In this document: positions 1 to 14,800 of the stretch, one piece after another
Position numbering within the stretch: the first letter of the stretch is position 1
Layout of the letters: every line of letters begins with the position of its first letter
Origin: Haliotis rufescens
Lineage: Eukaryota
Direction: 5' to 3'
DNA: 64,000 nt
NCBI RefSeq assembly: GCF_023055435.1
Contig: NW_025964001.1
Span: 45,074,001-45,138,000, forward strand
The notes under the pieces: generated by a model
The model's database searches: none
What the model was told of the DNA's origin: nothing
Seen by the model: the letters and a program-made list of their open reading frames with translations, nothing else
Translations under genes and position numbers: made by a program

Positions 1-2529
1 GGTCTCGCAGATACGTTTGACATTTTTGGTTCTTTTTACCATTTTCCCGTTCGATTTCCCCTACCAGGCAAGTTTCACACATGGTGTATGATCTGCAAAT
101 ATGACCTGTTTACACTACAGGTAGGTTACTGATACGTTTGCTTTGATACCTGTTATTACGGAACGGTAGAAAGGCGATCGTTACCCTGTTCCCAACAACT
201 GGCGCCCGCCTGTTGTCATGGTCATCGGGTCTCTCCAGCAACTAACCGTCCAAGCGAGGGCTTAGACAAAGCCAGGGAAGAATGGAAATTATCTCCAATG
301 TCCTGTGATAACTTCAGTCCTATGGGGAAGGATGCCGACGTCACCAGAGCAACCACGCCGAAGGTATTAGACAGCGTTGTCGTTGCTGTCCCTGCTTTTA
401 AAGACTATGCAAAGACATTCTTACGGATCAAGCATTATTTATTGCAATAGAGGCAGAAATGTGTCCTGCGGGCTTGGGGGACTCCTCTCTTTGAAGGTTT
501 TTAACATAAATCTCTTGACGACCAGGATAAGGTTTCGTTCCGTCGCCACCTAGCACATTACGATGTCTCCTGAGTGGAGCGGATTTGCTGTTGCAACGCG
601 GACAAATCTCCTCTCGGTCCTGTAAATATTTCAACAACGTCTCGAGAAAAAATCCCCCCGTCCAAACGATATCAGCTCTCCGTTTTCTAAACTCGTCTCG
701 ATGCGTATCAGAGAGACAAAACTGGTTTACGTGCCACGGGGCAGGTGTCCGAGTCTTGAAGAAGCTGAGACATCTTCAGATTACACCAACACTTACTACA
801 CACGCCCAATTTTAATTTCCGAAAGTTGTAGGTAATATCTCAGAACCCGATGGGTGACAACTGTTTTGCAGATGTTTTTTTTTAAGGCTCGAAGTAACAA
901 GCAGCTTCCATTTATCACCATCTTGCGTCGAGTGTTTTTAGATGCTTGTGAAATCACTCCTTTCATCGCCTCATTCCCAGATTCCGAGTTTGTTGGCACA
1001 TATGTCTCAAACATAGATTTGTCCATTTGATTACACATTAAAATATGACTAAAAAGTATTTACCCGTAGAACCAAGAGTCAAACAAAGACCAAAGCAGAA
1101 AATGCATGTTCATTCATCGTATTGCGAATAAACATTCACAAAACAGGGAAGAAATAAGTTTGTGGTACATCATGTAATAGTCATTTGTTCAAATTAAAGA
1201 TTCAAACGTTCCCAAGTCATAGTTACATTGCTTCTTTGCTATAATTGATGACGCATCCCACTGTAATAACGTTTCATTAAGGTAGACTGTTTCAGAACTC
1301 AAGAAAATGGCTTTCTTTTCTACAACGTACAGCCAAATGTTGTCCAGATTTAAGTATTTGCATTCATTACCGTCAGTATCCGTTGAAGAGACGCTGAAAA
1401 TTAACGAAACGCCCGATAATTGCCGAATGAATTTTTGACGGAAATGTCCGATCCTTTTATCAGTGCTGATAATATTCATACCGACTGCATAACACATAAA
1501 AACGGTGATCCCAGGCTCAAAACGCCACGGCATAACCATGCTCGAGGATTACAGTGCCAAATCTTAAATTGTTCTGACAAACGGTTGCGGATACAACCCT
1601 CGTGATTGATGAAGGGACTTTATCTTTTATCTTTTTGCATAGGATTACATGATACAGCGAGAGATGGTTAGCGGGGTCGTGAGCAAGCTGCGGAGGAGAG
1701 TAGTGAGATGGAGTGATGTGTCCGACCAATCAAAATTAGCCACTGTCACCAATGAATCATTGCGCAGACCCGTACGACTCGTGAAAAGACGTCATCGTAG
1801 GATTATCAAGAACAGGGTGAATTAAAGGTGATTTCAGCTTCAACGTGTTGCATTATCTAACTAAGGTAATTCGCATGATAGATCGCAGAACTCAATGCGC
1901 TACAGTTACATAATCGCCTTTACGAGTGATATTTATATCGGCGATTAGATTCACGTTCTTAATGGACAGCCATTGATAGGGAGGAAAAGGCCCGTATAGA
2001 AACCAAATGGCCAACAGTGAAAACTGAACTGATGTACACATACGGGACTTAAAGAGTGTCAAAATGAAGATGTTTATTATACAACATAGTTTTGGAGGTC
2101 GTGGTCCAGAGAAGAGTTGTATTGCATGTTAAACAATTATGCTCCTTCCTTATTCTTGAGAGTAATGAGTACCTTCAGAGTAAAGCTTTGTTCAGCTGAT
2201 TAACAATCTCTTTTGTTCACGTCATTGTTCGGAATGTACGTGGAGTTTGTTGGGAAGTTCATGTCCTTGTGCAATGAGCCGATACCCCATGGATGTAACT
2301 GTCAACAATGATATAAGGTACAGCAAGGTACAGCAAGATGGCATCATAGTTTGAGAAATATAAGTGTGACGTTCAAACCTGCCTGGATATTTAGACATAA
2401 TACTTTGCAGTACAAGAACTCTCAGATTACATTCACAAATACGCGTACAGTGGAAATGCGACATAACGGCGAATCTAAATTAGTGATTTAATTTAACCAA
2501 ATGTTGGAAAACTGCCTAATTTAAAGGAT

Positions 2530-2815
2530 ACCCGTGACGATCCGGGGTAGAATAGGTCTTCAGCAACCCATGATTGCCGTAAAAGGCGAGTATGCTTGTC
2601 GTAAAAGGCGAGTATGCTTGTCGTAAGAGGCGACTAACGGGATCGGATCGTCAGACTCGCTGACTTGGTTGGTGCATGTCATCGTATTCCAATAGCGTGC
2701 ATCGATGCTCATGATGTCTATCGCTGAAATTGTCTGGTCCAGACTCGATTATTTACAGACCGCCGTCGTATTGCTTGAATATTGCTTAGTGCGGCGTTAA
2801 ACAACAAACAAAAAA
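2530..2815 (+). mobile_element. Family B short retroposon (no tRNA head, (AAAC)n tail), copy B1, with three tandem 22-bp hairpin modules
   Basis: Starts ACCCGTGACGATCCGGGGTAGAATAGGTCTTCAGCAACCC and ends GAATATTGCTTAGTGCGGCGTTAAACAACAAAC. Alignable by eye along its length to five other copies in the window. Possible decayed TSD AATTTAAAGGA/AATGTAAAGAA. Confidence 0.88.
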
Positions 2816-5800
2816 TGTAAATGTAAAGAAATCATTTTTTAAGCGCCACGGCGTCGGTTTTGACTATTGACCACCAACAAACCTCGTTTTGAACCACTCC
2901 ACTCACAAGCCTCGCTGTAAAGCTATGTCAGTTGGTATGTAATACGTTACACCGTAGATTAAACAACCATTGGTATCCCAAAGTAGAATATTTACAGGCA
3001 ATCGTTTAGGGAGCAATATAATAGACTATTTAGCAATGCTGATGACAATGAACAAAATATTATTGAACCATTATAATCAAAATAATAATCAAAATTAAAA
3101 TTCACCAAATAGAAACCCACTGTTCATAACTCTGATGACACCGTACAGTGCTCCACAAAGTCGCAGTTTCAAAATCCAGACACTTTGTGTTATGAAATTG
3201 ACACTTCTGATTGAGCTTTCCAATTGAACTTGTGTCTCCCTCAAGCTAAATTCAGTCATCAAGTCCTCGATCTTCGATCTGACAAGCTCTACTTATTTCA
3301 TGTAGGTTTGTCGCCCTTGTAGAAAACACGGCTGTCTGGGATGAAAATCGGAATTCCCAGGTGTTGCGTTGTAAAAGACAAGAGCTCGTGTCGCACAAAG
3401 CGTCGGCCATCCATCAACGGAGCTCTGCCTGTCCTGCTCTGCCCTCAGCGAGGTAGCCTGGGGGGTGGGGATTACAGACATATATCACCGGCGATGGGGG
3501 GAGGTGGTTGCAAACAGAGAAACAGACAGGCAAAATGGCTTCGAGGTGAAAAGGGGGTGTTGTGGTTTAAGACAAGGAAATTTGAAGATAACATGACCGA
3601 TATTGTCAAATATGATATCTACGTGAATGAATATCGTGTAATCGGAAGGCGGTGCCTGAGATGTCTTTGATATATGTATGTCTGTAATACGTGTAAAAAG
3701 ATGTTGTGTTGATGTCAACTGACAAGGAAACCGACATTCTTACGATACTCGGCTGAAGGGAAATATTATCTCGTAATTCAAATAAAATATTTCACCACAT
3801 ATTGTTGTATATAATCTCACCGCAAATCAGAACGACAATGGGTGGTAATAAGTGCAGTTCAATATTTGCTCAAAGTGATTTTTCATATTATTTTACAGAA
3901 TAAAACTGCTTCAAAACATCAGTATCATGTGTGAAATTATTTAATTTAAAATACATTTAATGTTTTGACTGGCGTTTTCTATTTGTATTCTTAAACATAT
4001 CTATAAAATCTGCATTTCTTCTAAGCTTTATCCCAAAACAATCTACCTGTATAATTTCACGATTTGAATACATTAATACAGTAATCACTTCGCTGTATAA
4101 AGCTTGCAATGCTAGATGCGGAATGTTATCTCAGTGTCGTGAGAACGTTGCTGACTGATCTCCTGTCCGTTTGCGAAGTGTTTCATCCATGGATAAAACT
4201 GTAAAAAGCGGAACGCAAATGGAATCCATATTTAGTTTCTCCTTTCTGGTTTCAGCCAAGTAATCAAACATTTCACTCTCGATAGTCAAACACTTCAGTA
4301 TCTCGTCAACTCAAACGAAAAGTGCCGACGGATGAATCTGCATTAAAAACCCACTCCAGTAAATAAGCAGTACCGTCATTCCAACAACATGCACGGCGCC
4401 GCCAATGTGGTTTCAGGGCCAATCTGGTAGCCGAGGTTTCGTAGAAAAAAACGTGCAAAATTGATGGTAATATTGTATTCATCAAAACATTTAGTATTAA
4501 GCACCCAACCTGAATTATGTTCCTTGTCGCTAAAACCAGTAAAATTCGAGAGAATGCTGATAAATTAGCTTGATTTCTAACCATAAATCAACCTGTAAGA
4601 CTGAGTAAAGATAGCTAGTCCTATTTTGACGATATCACCAACTACCGAGTGGAGACCGAGACGTTTCCTACAGGGAGATCCGATAAGAATGGGGGACCTA
4701 CAACGCTAATACGGGGTAGGGGGGTCGTTGAAATGTTGAGAAATATTTGTCTAGGCCATAAATTTACTTTAATCTTGACAAAATGCTGTTCTATTTCCAG
4801 TACTGATATGTCATGAGCTCGGATTGAAGCATGAAACGGACTTATGAGTTTTCCCGCCATTTTTTTATATTCAGCAGACGACATGTTTTGGGGTGTTGGT
4901 TTTTTTCTTCACTTTTTAGACCAAATAGCTGTGCTTATTTCCGATGTTTAAAACTATCTTTTACCCACCCACCCTATTTCCTGCATCTTAGACGTTAGCG
5001 AATATTAAAAAATAATAAAAGGAGACTTAAAGGTAATGCATAAACTCTTCACACAGATGGTTGATCTTGAAACTGCAGTTGTCATGTTGGCACTATCAGA
5101 TGATTCTCACTGTATGGAATTACCAAAGTCTGATGTGTTTCCTCCAAGACATGTTCATCCGTTTTGGGGGAGTTTCGACCAAAAAAATACACACTGACCT
5201 GACCTCATGTATCTGCAAAAGTATATTTGCCGAAAGAGACTAGTCAACAAAATTGTTCCGTATAAAAGGGAGACAACTCGGTGTGATACCGTCGTTACAT
5301 AATAGAAAATAAATGCCAGCACACAACAGTGGCGATGCTGAACTGGCGTTTCGTGGTCCGAGTTACACTTATATGACGTGCATCAAATATAATATAATAT
5401 AATCTCTATTTGAACATTACTTATCTTTGTCATGAATCTGTGTAAATCGAAACGATTATTGTCAAAATATTATATAAAATTTTATCAAAGTTAAAAAAAA
5501 AATGTGTTTCAAGACAGTCTATGTAATCTTTGACGCCATAATTTTGTAAACAATTAAAACACGCAAGACATAATTCCTTCGAGTTGAGATACTGACCCAA
5601 CAGACACAATAGGGACCAATCATGCAGATTAGATAATCTTACATCTTAAGTCTAAAGATTGATCGAGACCACCTGTTTTGCTTGATGATCCCACACCACA
5701 CTGCCACTGTGATCATCTGAGACAAACACGAACGCACGTCTATAAACATTGACATAACCCATACAGAACTGTCCATCAAACAATTGTAGTTTTCTTTTGA

Positions 5801-8800
5801 ATCAACGTTTCCTGAATATAATATAGACTTTAGTTCAGAAACATGTGAATGTTCAGCACAAAGTTATTTAGTATGGATTGTAAAACTTGGATTGTAAGCA
5901 ACTACTGAACAATGAACGAACACATATCAAGTAGCATTAACATCAGCATAAGTCGGTCAAACAGTGAATGCACCATTCACTCGCACATATGCATGTCATT
6001 TACACAATATCAAGCAGCAAGCAGCGGATTAGTGCGTGCACTACTGGTGTTTACCCGGTTTCAAGAACAATGTAAATATTCACATATATCGTTGATAAAG
6101 TAGAATTTATCCTCTACTTCAAACCATAAAAGGATTTCCCCATTTGTCATGATCATGCATGCGTTGTGACCACCGTCTTTACTACTTGACACACGCAAGA
6201 TTGGGTGCAATATATGCAGAGTTTATTTTGTAACTTCTGTTAATATTTTCATAAGGTCGTTTTAGATTGTCTACTCAATCAATATTTATCCTACTATATC
6301 ACTAAAATTAAAAAATAATCATATAACAAGCATCATGTTCAACTCATACATCACTTGAAATAATTTTGAATCAATTTCTACATTTCTTTATGTACACATT
6401 GCTAAAGACAATGAATGAAAAAAGTCCTGTATGTAATTCATACGTATTCGGGGAACATTAGACAGGATCACTGAAAGAATGTTGTTTTTTCATAAAAATC
6501 TATCAAATTATCGCCTCACATTACATTGATTATATATCATAAAAATAATATTTGGAAAATTCCCGCGAAAGACACTGAACATTGATTTTCTAATATTACA
6601 AAGACACAACATTCTGATAATATTCGTAACGATATTTAATAAGGACTATCGTGGAAATTATTTTTGTTAGTTTAGACCTGTAAAAGTTCAAACTGAGCAA
6701 ACATATTATTTTTAACAAATTAGTATATATCATCCAGAGAAACGTCCGCGCATATCCCAGCTATCCTGTTGATATCAGTGAGTGCCAGGTGTATCTCCCA
6801 CAGGCTGACATGTGATTGACAGCAAGGTGCACATCTCTCTCTGAAATATATTATTACAGATTCGAAAGATACAGTTTCGCGCATCGACACTGGTTAATAA
6901 TGCTTTGCTATTGCTTCGATGGGCGTATAATTAAGGTGGCATTGCCTGAAACAGAACCAGTTTTCCTATCAAATGACTACCAGTACGTCTATTTCAACTA
7001 TTAGTGACAGTATGGTTTACTTCAAGAATATGACAAAAAACATCGGAACTGATACACATGCCTTTTTTGCAGATTCTGATATTGATTTTATGTCGTTTTT
7101 TTCACTCTAGGTCAGTGTTCTTGACAAAAAACAGACATTCGAAACAGAGAGAAAATTGAAATAAGCATGATTATTGTTCAAAACCAATCTGTATCGTGGA
7201 ACATAGAAACAGCTGTCATGTTCAAACAAGTTTTAAATTTCAAAGTATCATAAAACTTTTTGCTTAATCTCAGATACCGCCATAGATGCATAAAACACTC
7301 TTTGGTGGATCAAACTATTTTTTATTCTACAATGCAGAATCGTATTATTCAATTTCAGTGTAATATTTTTGCTCCTGGGAAAGAAGATTGTGTGACTCAC
7401 AATTCTTTATACGATCAAATATATCATACTCCTGGAGTTGGTGCTTTTTCTGTGGTAAATGAATTTCCACATGTTGTTGTTTTAATGATGGAACAACACA
7501 ACACGCAATATTTATACGTTCCCATTTTCTTCGTTTATTTAATGAAAAACATTTTATTTACTTCAAACCAAATGCATCATTTCTTAACCATGGCTTGTAT
7601 ATTGCTCTTTGTCTTGTAAATGAGGTAATCAATTTCTGGATGTTAATGTCAGTTGTACAATGAACACGACAATCTCCAGCGAGACATTACATGATGTATG
7701 TGTGCAAGTCACGGGTTAACACGCTTGTATATCTCGGACTTTCTCTATGCCTACCTCACCTTTCTGACAGTAGACATTGCGGACATAGACCTTATCCTCG
7801 GCAATGTCATAGCTGTCAATTACTGTCTTAATGAACATTAATAACAATTGCTCTGCCTGTTGTCAATATATACACAGATAAAGACATTCTTACGATTCGC
7901 ACTGTCAGGGATAACCGACAAGGATAAACAATGTGTATATCATGTACATTTCACTCAATTGCATTTCGTACAGTACATGTATATTTCATTCTCGTTATAA
8001 TAAAAACACTCTGGGTGGTGTCAAATAAGCTGTCGATGCATTGCGTATCGTAATATTATTATTTCTTGTATGTCCACAAAATGTATTCAAATAGACTTTT
8101 CCAAAAATATGTGCCTTATCGATTGTAGAAGAAAGGTATAGAATAATTTTATTCTAATAATAAAACATAAATGCAACATTAATTTTAAACGTGAGAGAAT
8201 ATTCGTTGATATATCTTAAATTTGTAGAATTAATACAACGTATTTACATTATTTCCTTTTGGATTGAAATCATTTCTTTAAGTGTATTATTTCGTTATGA
8301 ATCATTATATATAAAACGTTTGTGTCTACTTTGATTTATCAAATCAAGTCTACGATTGGTCAATTTCATATTTGGCCGAATCAATTTCATACAGCGCGTT
8401 AGTGGATGACTAAGATTACATACTTTACTCTCTGAATGTACACTGTCGGTATGATGTCAGTAGCTGTCAACTCAGGCTTCACACACCAACAGAAACCTCT
8501 ATTACCCGTTAATATCCAATAAACATATAAGGTGACTGTTTCATCAAGAACGCAATAAATAGTCATCAAAATCGTGCCCGTGGAAGTCAGCCAAAATGTG
8601 GTCAATTCTTTTGAAATGAAGTGTAGAATTGATATAACCTGAAGTAAACAAGCTATAATAGTTTGTTTAAGAGGCGGCAAGGATGATGAAATGACGTTGA
8701 ATAATCATGATAAATCATAAATAAATATTCAACCCTGACGAAGGCACGGATGATGTAAAATCTGTTTGTTTTCTACCAGACAATCCTGTTTGGACAAATG

Positions 8801-11800
8801 CAATAAATTTCCTCTAAAAGTGAAAACCAAATTCTAAATGAAACGAATGACAGTATTGAGAGAAAACGACAGCGGGTATTTAAGAATGCAAAGTAAGCGC
8901 CCGGCCGCGTAGCATAAATAACGTTCACTATTAGTCGTGCACGCAAATGCACACGCAACCATAAGCGTACGACGCACGTACGCAGAACTCGCAATCCGAT
9001 TTGTTTACTAATGAATTTAACACTGAGTAAATTATTTAGAACCAGACACTCTTTGTGATGTAAAACTATGAAAGCATATGAATTTTCAAAAATGTATTAT
9101 TCTTAAAATGACGGATAGTTTTTTGCAGCAGTAATATAGCACTATTTTCATCAAATAAACCGACAAGGATTGAGTTGGGTTTTATGAGAAACTGTCCAAG
9201 CATGGAGATTTGCTTCACGTCGTCACTGGGAGGCTCACATGGCATATTAAAAGAAAACTATTTCGGGAATTTTGAGGAAGTTGGAAGGATTTAGAAGTTG
9301 TTATCGCTTCAGAAATTCTGCATTGATTTTAGCCAATAAGTGGCGACCCCTTTCTTGAAAATTTTCATCAGCGCATCAAATTTGTTTACTTTTCAAACAA
9401 ATCTTCTTTTTTTCGCCGACGACCAGGCAAATTGTCTGGCAAATCTGTTTCCATGGCATTGTTTAGAAAGCCAGTGTTTTTATTTCTTCCTGAGGGTTTC
9501 ATTATAGTGGAATGAATTTTGGCGCGTGCATAACTTGTGGTAGATCATTAACGTACATGCTGAAATCATATCAATTTCAAAATGAAATGTCGGCACCACC
9601 GCCGACTAAATTACATTTATTCGTGATGAAATTGACAAGCTTTTCGGTAGTATTCATATCATTCAATTAACAAGAGCATTCGTAAAACTAATTTCGTAAC
9701 CGCCACACTGAAATGAAAAATGATCGTCTAGATTCAAGAAGCCTTGCACACATTATCAAAATCTATGTTTAAACATTTTGTAATATGTAAATGATGTGTT
9801 TGGAGTGAATAATGCATAAAACTATTATTCATAGTTTCCTAATATCTAAACCCGACACTTCTTGCAGCAAATATACAGATAGGTGCTAAATTGTTATTTT
9901 TTCAATTTATTTAAAAAACAGAAATAAAACGTTTTTTTACATATAGTAAAAATTATAAACGCCCGAATCATTATACCACTTCAGTAATCTAGACATAAGG
10001 ACAATTAACAACATGCACAAACCGATTACAAATAGGAATGTCCGGTCACAACACATTCAAAAAGGTTTCGACATTGAGAGAATTGTTCCCATGACCCAGA
10101 GTGACCCCTGTCCACTCTGGTCAGTGTATCTTTCCACAGGAGTCACACGTCCAAACAATTAGGTGTCCAGTGAGATGACTGTACCAACATGGGTAGATTA
10201 GAGCGACTGTATTGTGACTGGACATGCAAATTAGTTGTCAGATCCATACCGAAGCTATATCTTCCTCCAAATATTAATGCATTCATTTATAGCCAATTGC
10301 ATTGATGATACTATGTATTACACATGGTACTGTGAAGATGAAGAGAAAACAATAATATGTTAAAAAACGAGAAGGTAATATTTATACCGTGCTTTTATTG
10401 AAGTTTTTAAATAATAACAAACAAAGTAATCTTGGCAATGTCTTAGAAGAAATGAAAAGAAGAAAGAACGGAAATTCTTGACAAGTTAATATTCGTCCTC
10501 GTATATTCGCCTCGTCGGGTGTGTATGCTATGTAACTCTCCGCTGTCACCAAAACACATCCACCTTTTTGTTATTTGTTGACATATACATGATGCGTTTT
10601 GAAAGCCATAAAAACATTGGTATTTCCCATTGTCGGCAATGAAAGTATATTTTATTTTACCCCGGGGGAAATCGTATCCTATGACTTACAGTCGTCCATT
10701 TAATTCAGTTTTCAAACTTAATTCCATACAAAACCCTTTATAAGATATAGTACATTTTAAAACAACACTTATGCGTTGCAATTCATAATTAACATCAAAG
10801 AGTATTTCTTTAGCTGGGCGCTGAATACGACAGCACGAATTAGAAAAAAATGACATAAAAAAAGTGGTAACCATTTCTAACTCAAATAGTATATGTGGTT
10901 GCCTCAAGTATCTGAAGTTTCTTTTTGCGTTTGCTATCCCATTACAAAACAGAGAGTTCTGTGTGCAATATACTAAACGAATATATACACATATTATATA
11001 TTATATATACATCATTGTATAATACATCTGTCATTCATTATGAAGATTGTTTTTTTCGGTCTGGTTTTGGTGCATGATAGTTATACAAGCTGCGATTGCA
11101 GCACCCTTCTAATATCAAGAGACGAACTTGCGAGACATTCGTATTTCCTTCATACCACAGTCAGACACCTCCAATGATGTCCCGTGAAACTGATTAGCAC
11201 ATACGTGTACCTGGTAAACCCTAATACTTATATCTTTAGCTAAATTCACAATACCAATTATTTTAACACAACATGAAATTCAATTTCATTATCAATCAGT
11301 TGAACAGTTCATGTGTTAATTGATGTACTGAAAATGAATTAACCATGAAAATATGAAACATGCAATTCTCGACAAACCAACAATCAATACACGTAAAGGA
11401 AAACTGAAAAATCATTAAAGTTTTCATATCAATATGTAACTTATTATTGAGAAACCTACCTGAGCATGCAGCATATTTGCACAAAAGGCTATCATTAGCT
11501 ACAAATCCATGCTGTTTGTTTTCTCAACTCCTTGTGTAAACTGACCATAAGGCGGTGGTCAGTTGTTAGCCAGACCATTCTATGAGGCAAGTGAGATAAG
11601 AGGAGACGTCTTTCTCGGCGTACAAACGCCAGGTGGACTCGGAGAGAGTGCCAGCGTAATTTACACACTGTCAAAGTCGAAACAGTCCAACACAGGCAAC
11701 TGTCTGCATTGTTCATTTTAATTTAGCGCCTGCCCTAAAAATGCAGCATGAAATATATTTATTCTACTGACGGCAACTGGCGCGATACGGAAAGACCTTG

Positions 11801-14800
11801 CAAAAGGACGTTGACAACGATTCTGGCAGGAATGGCAATTCTCTTGTCAGCCGTGCCAACAACGTTCATATACTCGTCATGTGTCGGGCGTGATTACTGC
11901 CGCAGATTCCTCATCGTCTGTCCGACTAACGGAAAGAGTTTTCATTGTTATATATTTCCTTCTCCCTCACTCCTTCCCCTCCCAAACACTGGATCTGTTA
12001 CTCAGGTCGAGGGCTTAATGAATGCCACATTTGACACCAAAAATGATAAGCATGAAATGGATAGGAACTAACCTTAGTGCCGATATACTGTGTTTTATCC
12101 CCACGATCGAATAATCAAACATTGGTTTGAAATATTTGACTGATATCGTCGTTAGTTTGAAAAGAGCTTAAGCTTACGGTTCGAGCGCATATTTAGAAGA
12201 GATGAGTCTTTAGAACTCTTGGACAAACGAATGCTCTAAAACTTGTGACAACTTGAACACTTTTAGCCTTCTGATGGTTAAGGTGGACAAAAAAAGAGTC
12301 AGTAGAAGAGAAAAAGGAGCGATAAAAGATTGCAGTCTTAAGTCATCGATCTTTGTTAGTTTGCTGAGTGATTTTTCATCTATAATTCCCATTGCCATCG
12401 TAATAGCCAGGCCACACAGTTCAATTAGTTCAGCTTCTTGAAACGGTGTAGAATCTTCCTATCGTGTCTTCATGCCCCTCGGCGCTTTTTCCTCGCGATT
12501 TTTTCATCCAAGTGTTCTTGGCAGCCCTTGCTTCCCTGTCCCGCGGGACGTGCCCCCAACTTCTTCATTTCTTCTCTTTTGTTTATAAAAGAATTATTTT
12601 AAAACATCACCATTTAACATTTCGAAAGTTACAAAACAGGTGGTCATTTTTCCTAATTGAATTAAAACCTGCTTAACCATTTGTTTTTGTTATTATGTAG
12701 ATAAACTTATTCAATGTTTCCTTCAATTTCGTGCGGTAAAAATCTCAAATATGGATTTGATACAACGCATAATCTCATTTGTATATTATTTACTTATATT
12801 GACCATATTAGATATATATTTTCATGTCATTTTAATTTTAAAAACTTCATTCAGCGAAATTCGTATAGCCCCGCAGACAGACATAAAGTCTGAATGTGCG
12901 CTTCAGTTAAGATTCACATACTAACAATTTTTATAAAACAATTATCTCGCAAAAAAAGCGTAAGCAAATACCATCCCTCCATTTTATTTGCGTGGAGGAT
13001 TGAACTAAATGACACTGAATATAGCTCTAACGGCCAACATTCTATGCACACAATAAACAGAGCTCTGTTGCCCATAATTATCCCCCAACATTTACATGTA
13101 GAAGGTATACCAATTACAGTAGGAACTAGCATATCAAAGAGAGGGAGGGGCGAATCCCCTCACCTATATCATTACACTAACATGGCTATCAGCCCAATGT
13201 CTTCCGCCGAAAACTCAGGGTTCGTTCTTTCGGCTTTGTTGACGTCCAAATCATACCCTGGCTTATCTCTGGCAAACTTGCTTTAATGAGAAAAATAACA
13301 CAGTAAAAAAATCTGCGTTCAAGGAAGGGTATCATCAAATCACTATCATTATTTTTCCATATATATTAGTGCCAGTTTCACCCCGGCAATTTAACTGATA
13401 AAGAAATATGACTATGCTAAGTGAAATAGCTTATACGTATCCGTTATCAATCAAGACTGGTTGATAGTTTTACGTGATTGGAATGCATTTGGTATTGATT
13501 TATGTGTGTACGTATTGCTGAGTATCGCAAATAACGAATATGTAATTTGCCGCATAACGATTTGGACAGGACGAATGCTATTTTTGTTTTATTAATCATT
13601 ATACCATAAACGCAAAGGCTTATCCAGTAACACAGTTTGCGTACATTTTCTACATATTGTTCTTCTAAATTCCTCTTTTCATATTTGTATGGTAAAATGC
13701 AAATCAGCGACAGTAATAGACAAAGTGAACACATTTTAGTTATGTCAAATCCTATTTCGATTTTGATATGTGTATCATATTTACAACACCATCATCTGTT
13801 TAGAGTTATCTCCCTTTTCAAATTATTACGGTGGTACCTCTTCAACTGAATGTATTCAGCTGACAACTTGAAGGAGAATAAAAACGTCACGGTGACGAAG
13901 ATTATAACAAAAGGGTGAATATTAAGTTGCTTTAACCACACTTTCAAAACTATTACAGCTGCAGACACAATAATATGCTTCACAACATATACCCATGAGT
14001 GGAGTGGCGTCAAACCCGGACCCTTGTCTGCGGAGAGCTCGCACAATGACCAATGGTATAAACACGATGATAAGGTTGATGACGAACGTACAAGACTAAT
14101 TTCTATCGCTCCATCGTCCCTGTATGTCAATAACTGTCATAGTATTGCTTGACGGTCCTCTACTCACGGTCCGACCAGCACTTTAAAAGCAGTAAAAGTC
14201 AATCTGGAGAGGCGAGTTCCTTTAATGACCCTTAAACAAGCATGTGGTTCGCGTCGTGTCCATGACGCTAGGTAGCACGGCTTACATACACGACTAAGCA
14301 GATAATGATTGCCATGAATCAAAGAAATGCCAACTGTTGTGATTGGGCCATGATCTTTAAGTAGCACCTGATTGATAGAAGATTTGTTTCAGAGTTTCTT
14401 CTGCAAGTGCAAACGGCCTTGGGTGTCTGGTCCGGGTAGATTAATGTGTAGGCAGAGAACGACACAATAACCAGGTGCTACGTTGGGTTAGTTAGATGAC
14501 GGAAAGCGCTGGAAGATAAAATACGCATCTGTGATTATTTTCTCCACGAGATAAGTAATGCAGTAGTAAGTATTTCAGCGACAGAAGCAGCAGTCGGTGT
14601 CGTCGTCACGGAAGAGAAGACATAGTGGCAGAAACAGTAACAGTTTTTTCAATTCACCATTTTTTATTTAAATCAGTCGATACTGGACAGAAAATGGGTA
14701 AAAGACAAAAACGAATAAAGTTTGTAGAAGAAATGAAGGATTAATTTCCTATTTACATTTATCATATTGCAAGTGTGATATATACCTTAAAGACTTCATG

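Noticed and set aside
2531-2665. HDV-like or twister ribozyme assignment for the family B leader
   Set aside because: No space for HDV P3/L3 between candidate P2 and P1 strands, and twister T1/T2 pseudoknot partners are not in the required positions. Kept only as an unassigned structure.
8733-8765. Other hammerhead cores (CTGACGA at 8736; CTGATGA at 3132, 17305, 49238, 51792)
   Set aside because: None has a paired helix II followed by GAAA and a cleavage triplet.
12210-12460. Protein-like minus-strand stretch EDSTPFQEAELIELCGLAITMAMG... (and a similar one at 4130-4310)
   Set aside because: Short, bounded by stops, with no convincing splice sites or recognisable family.
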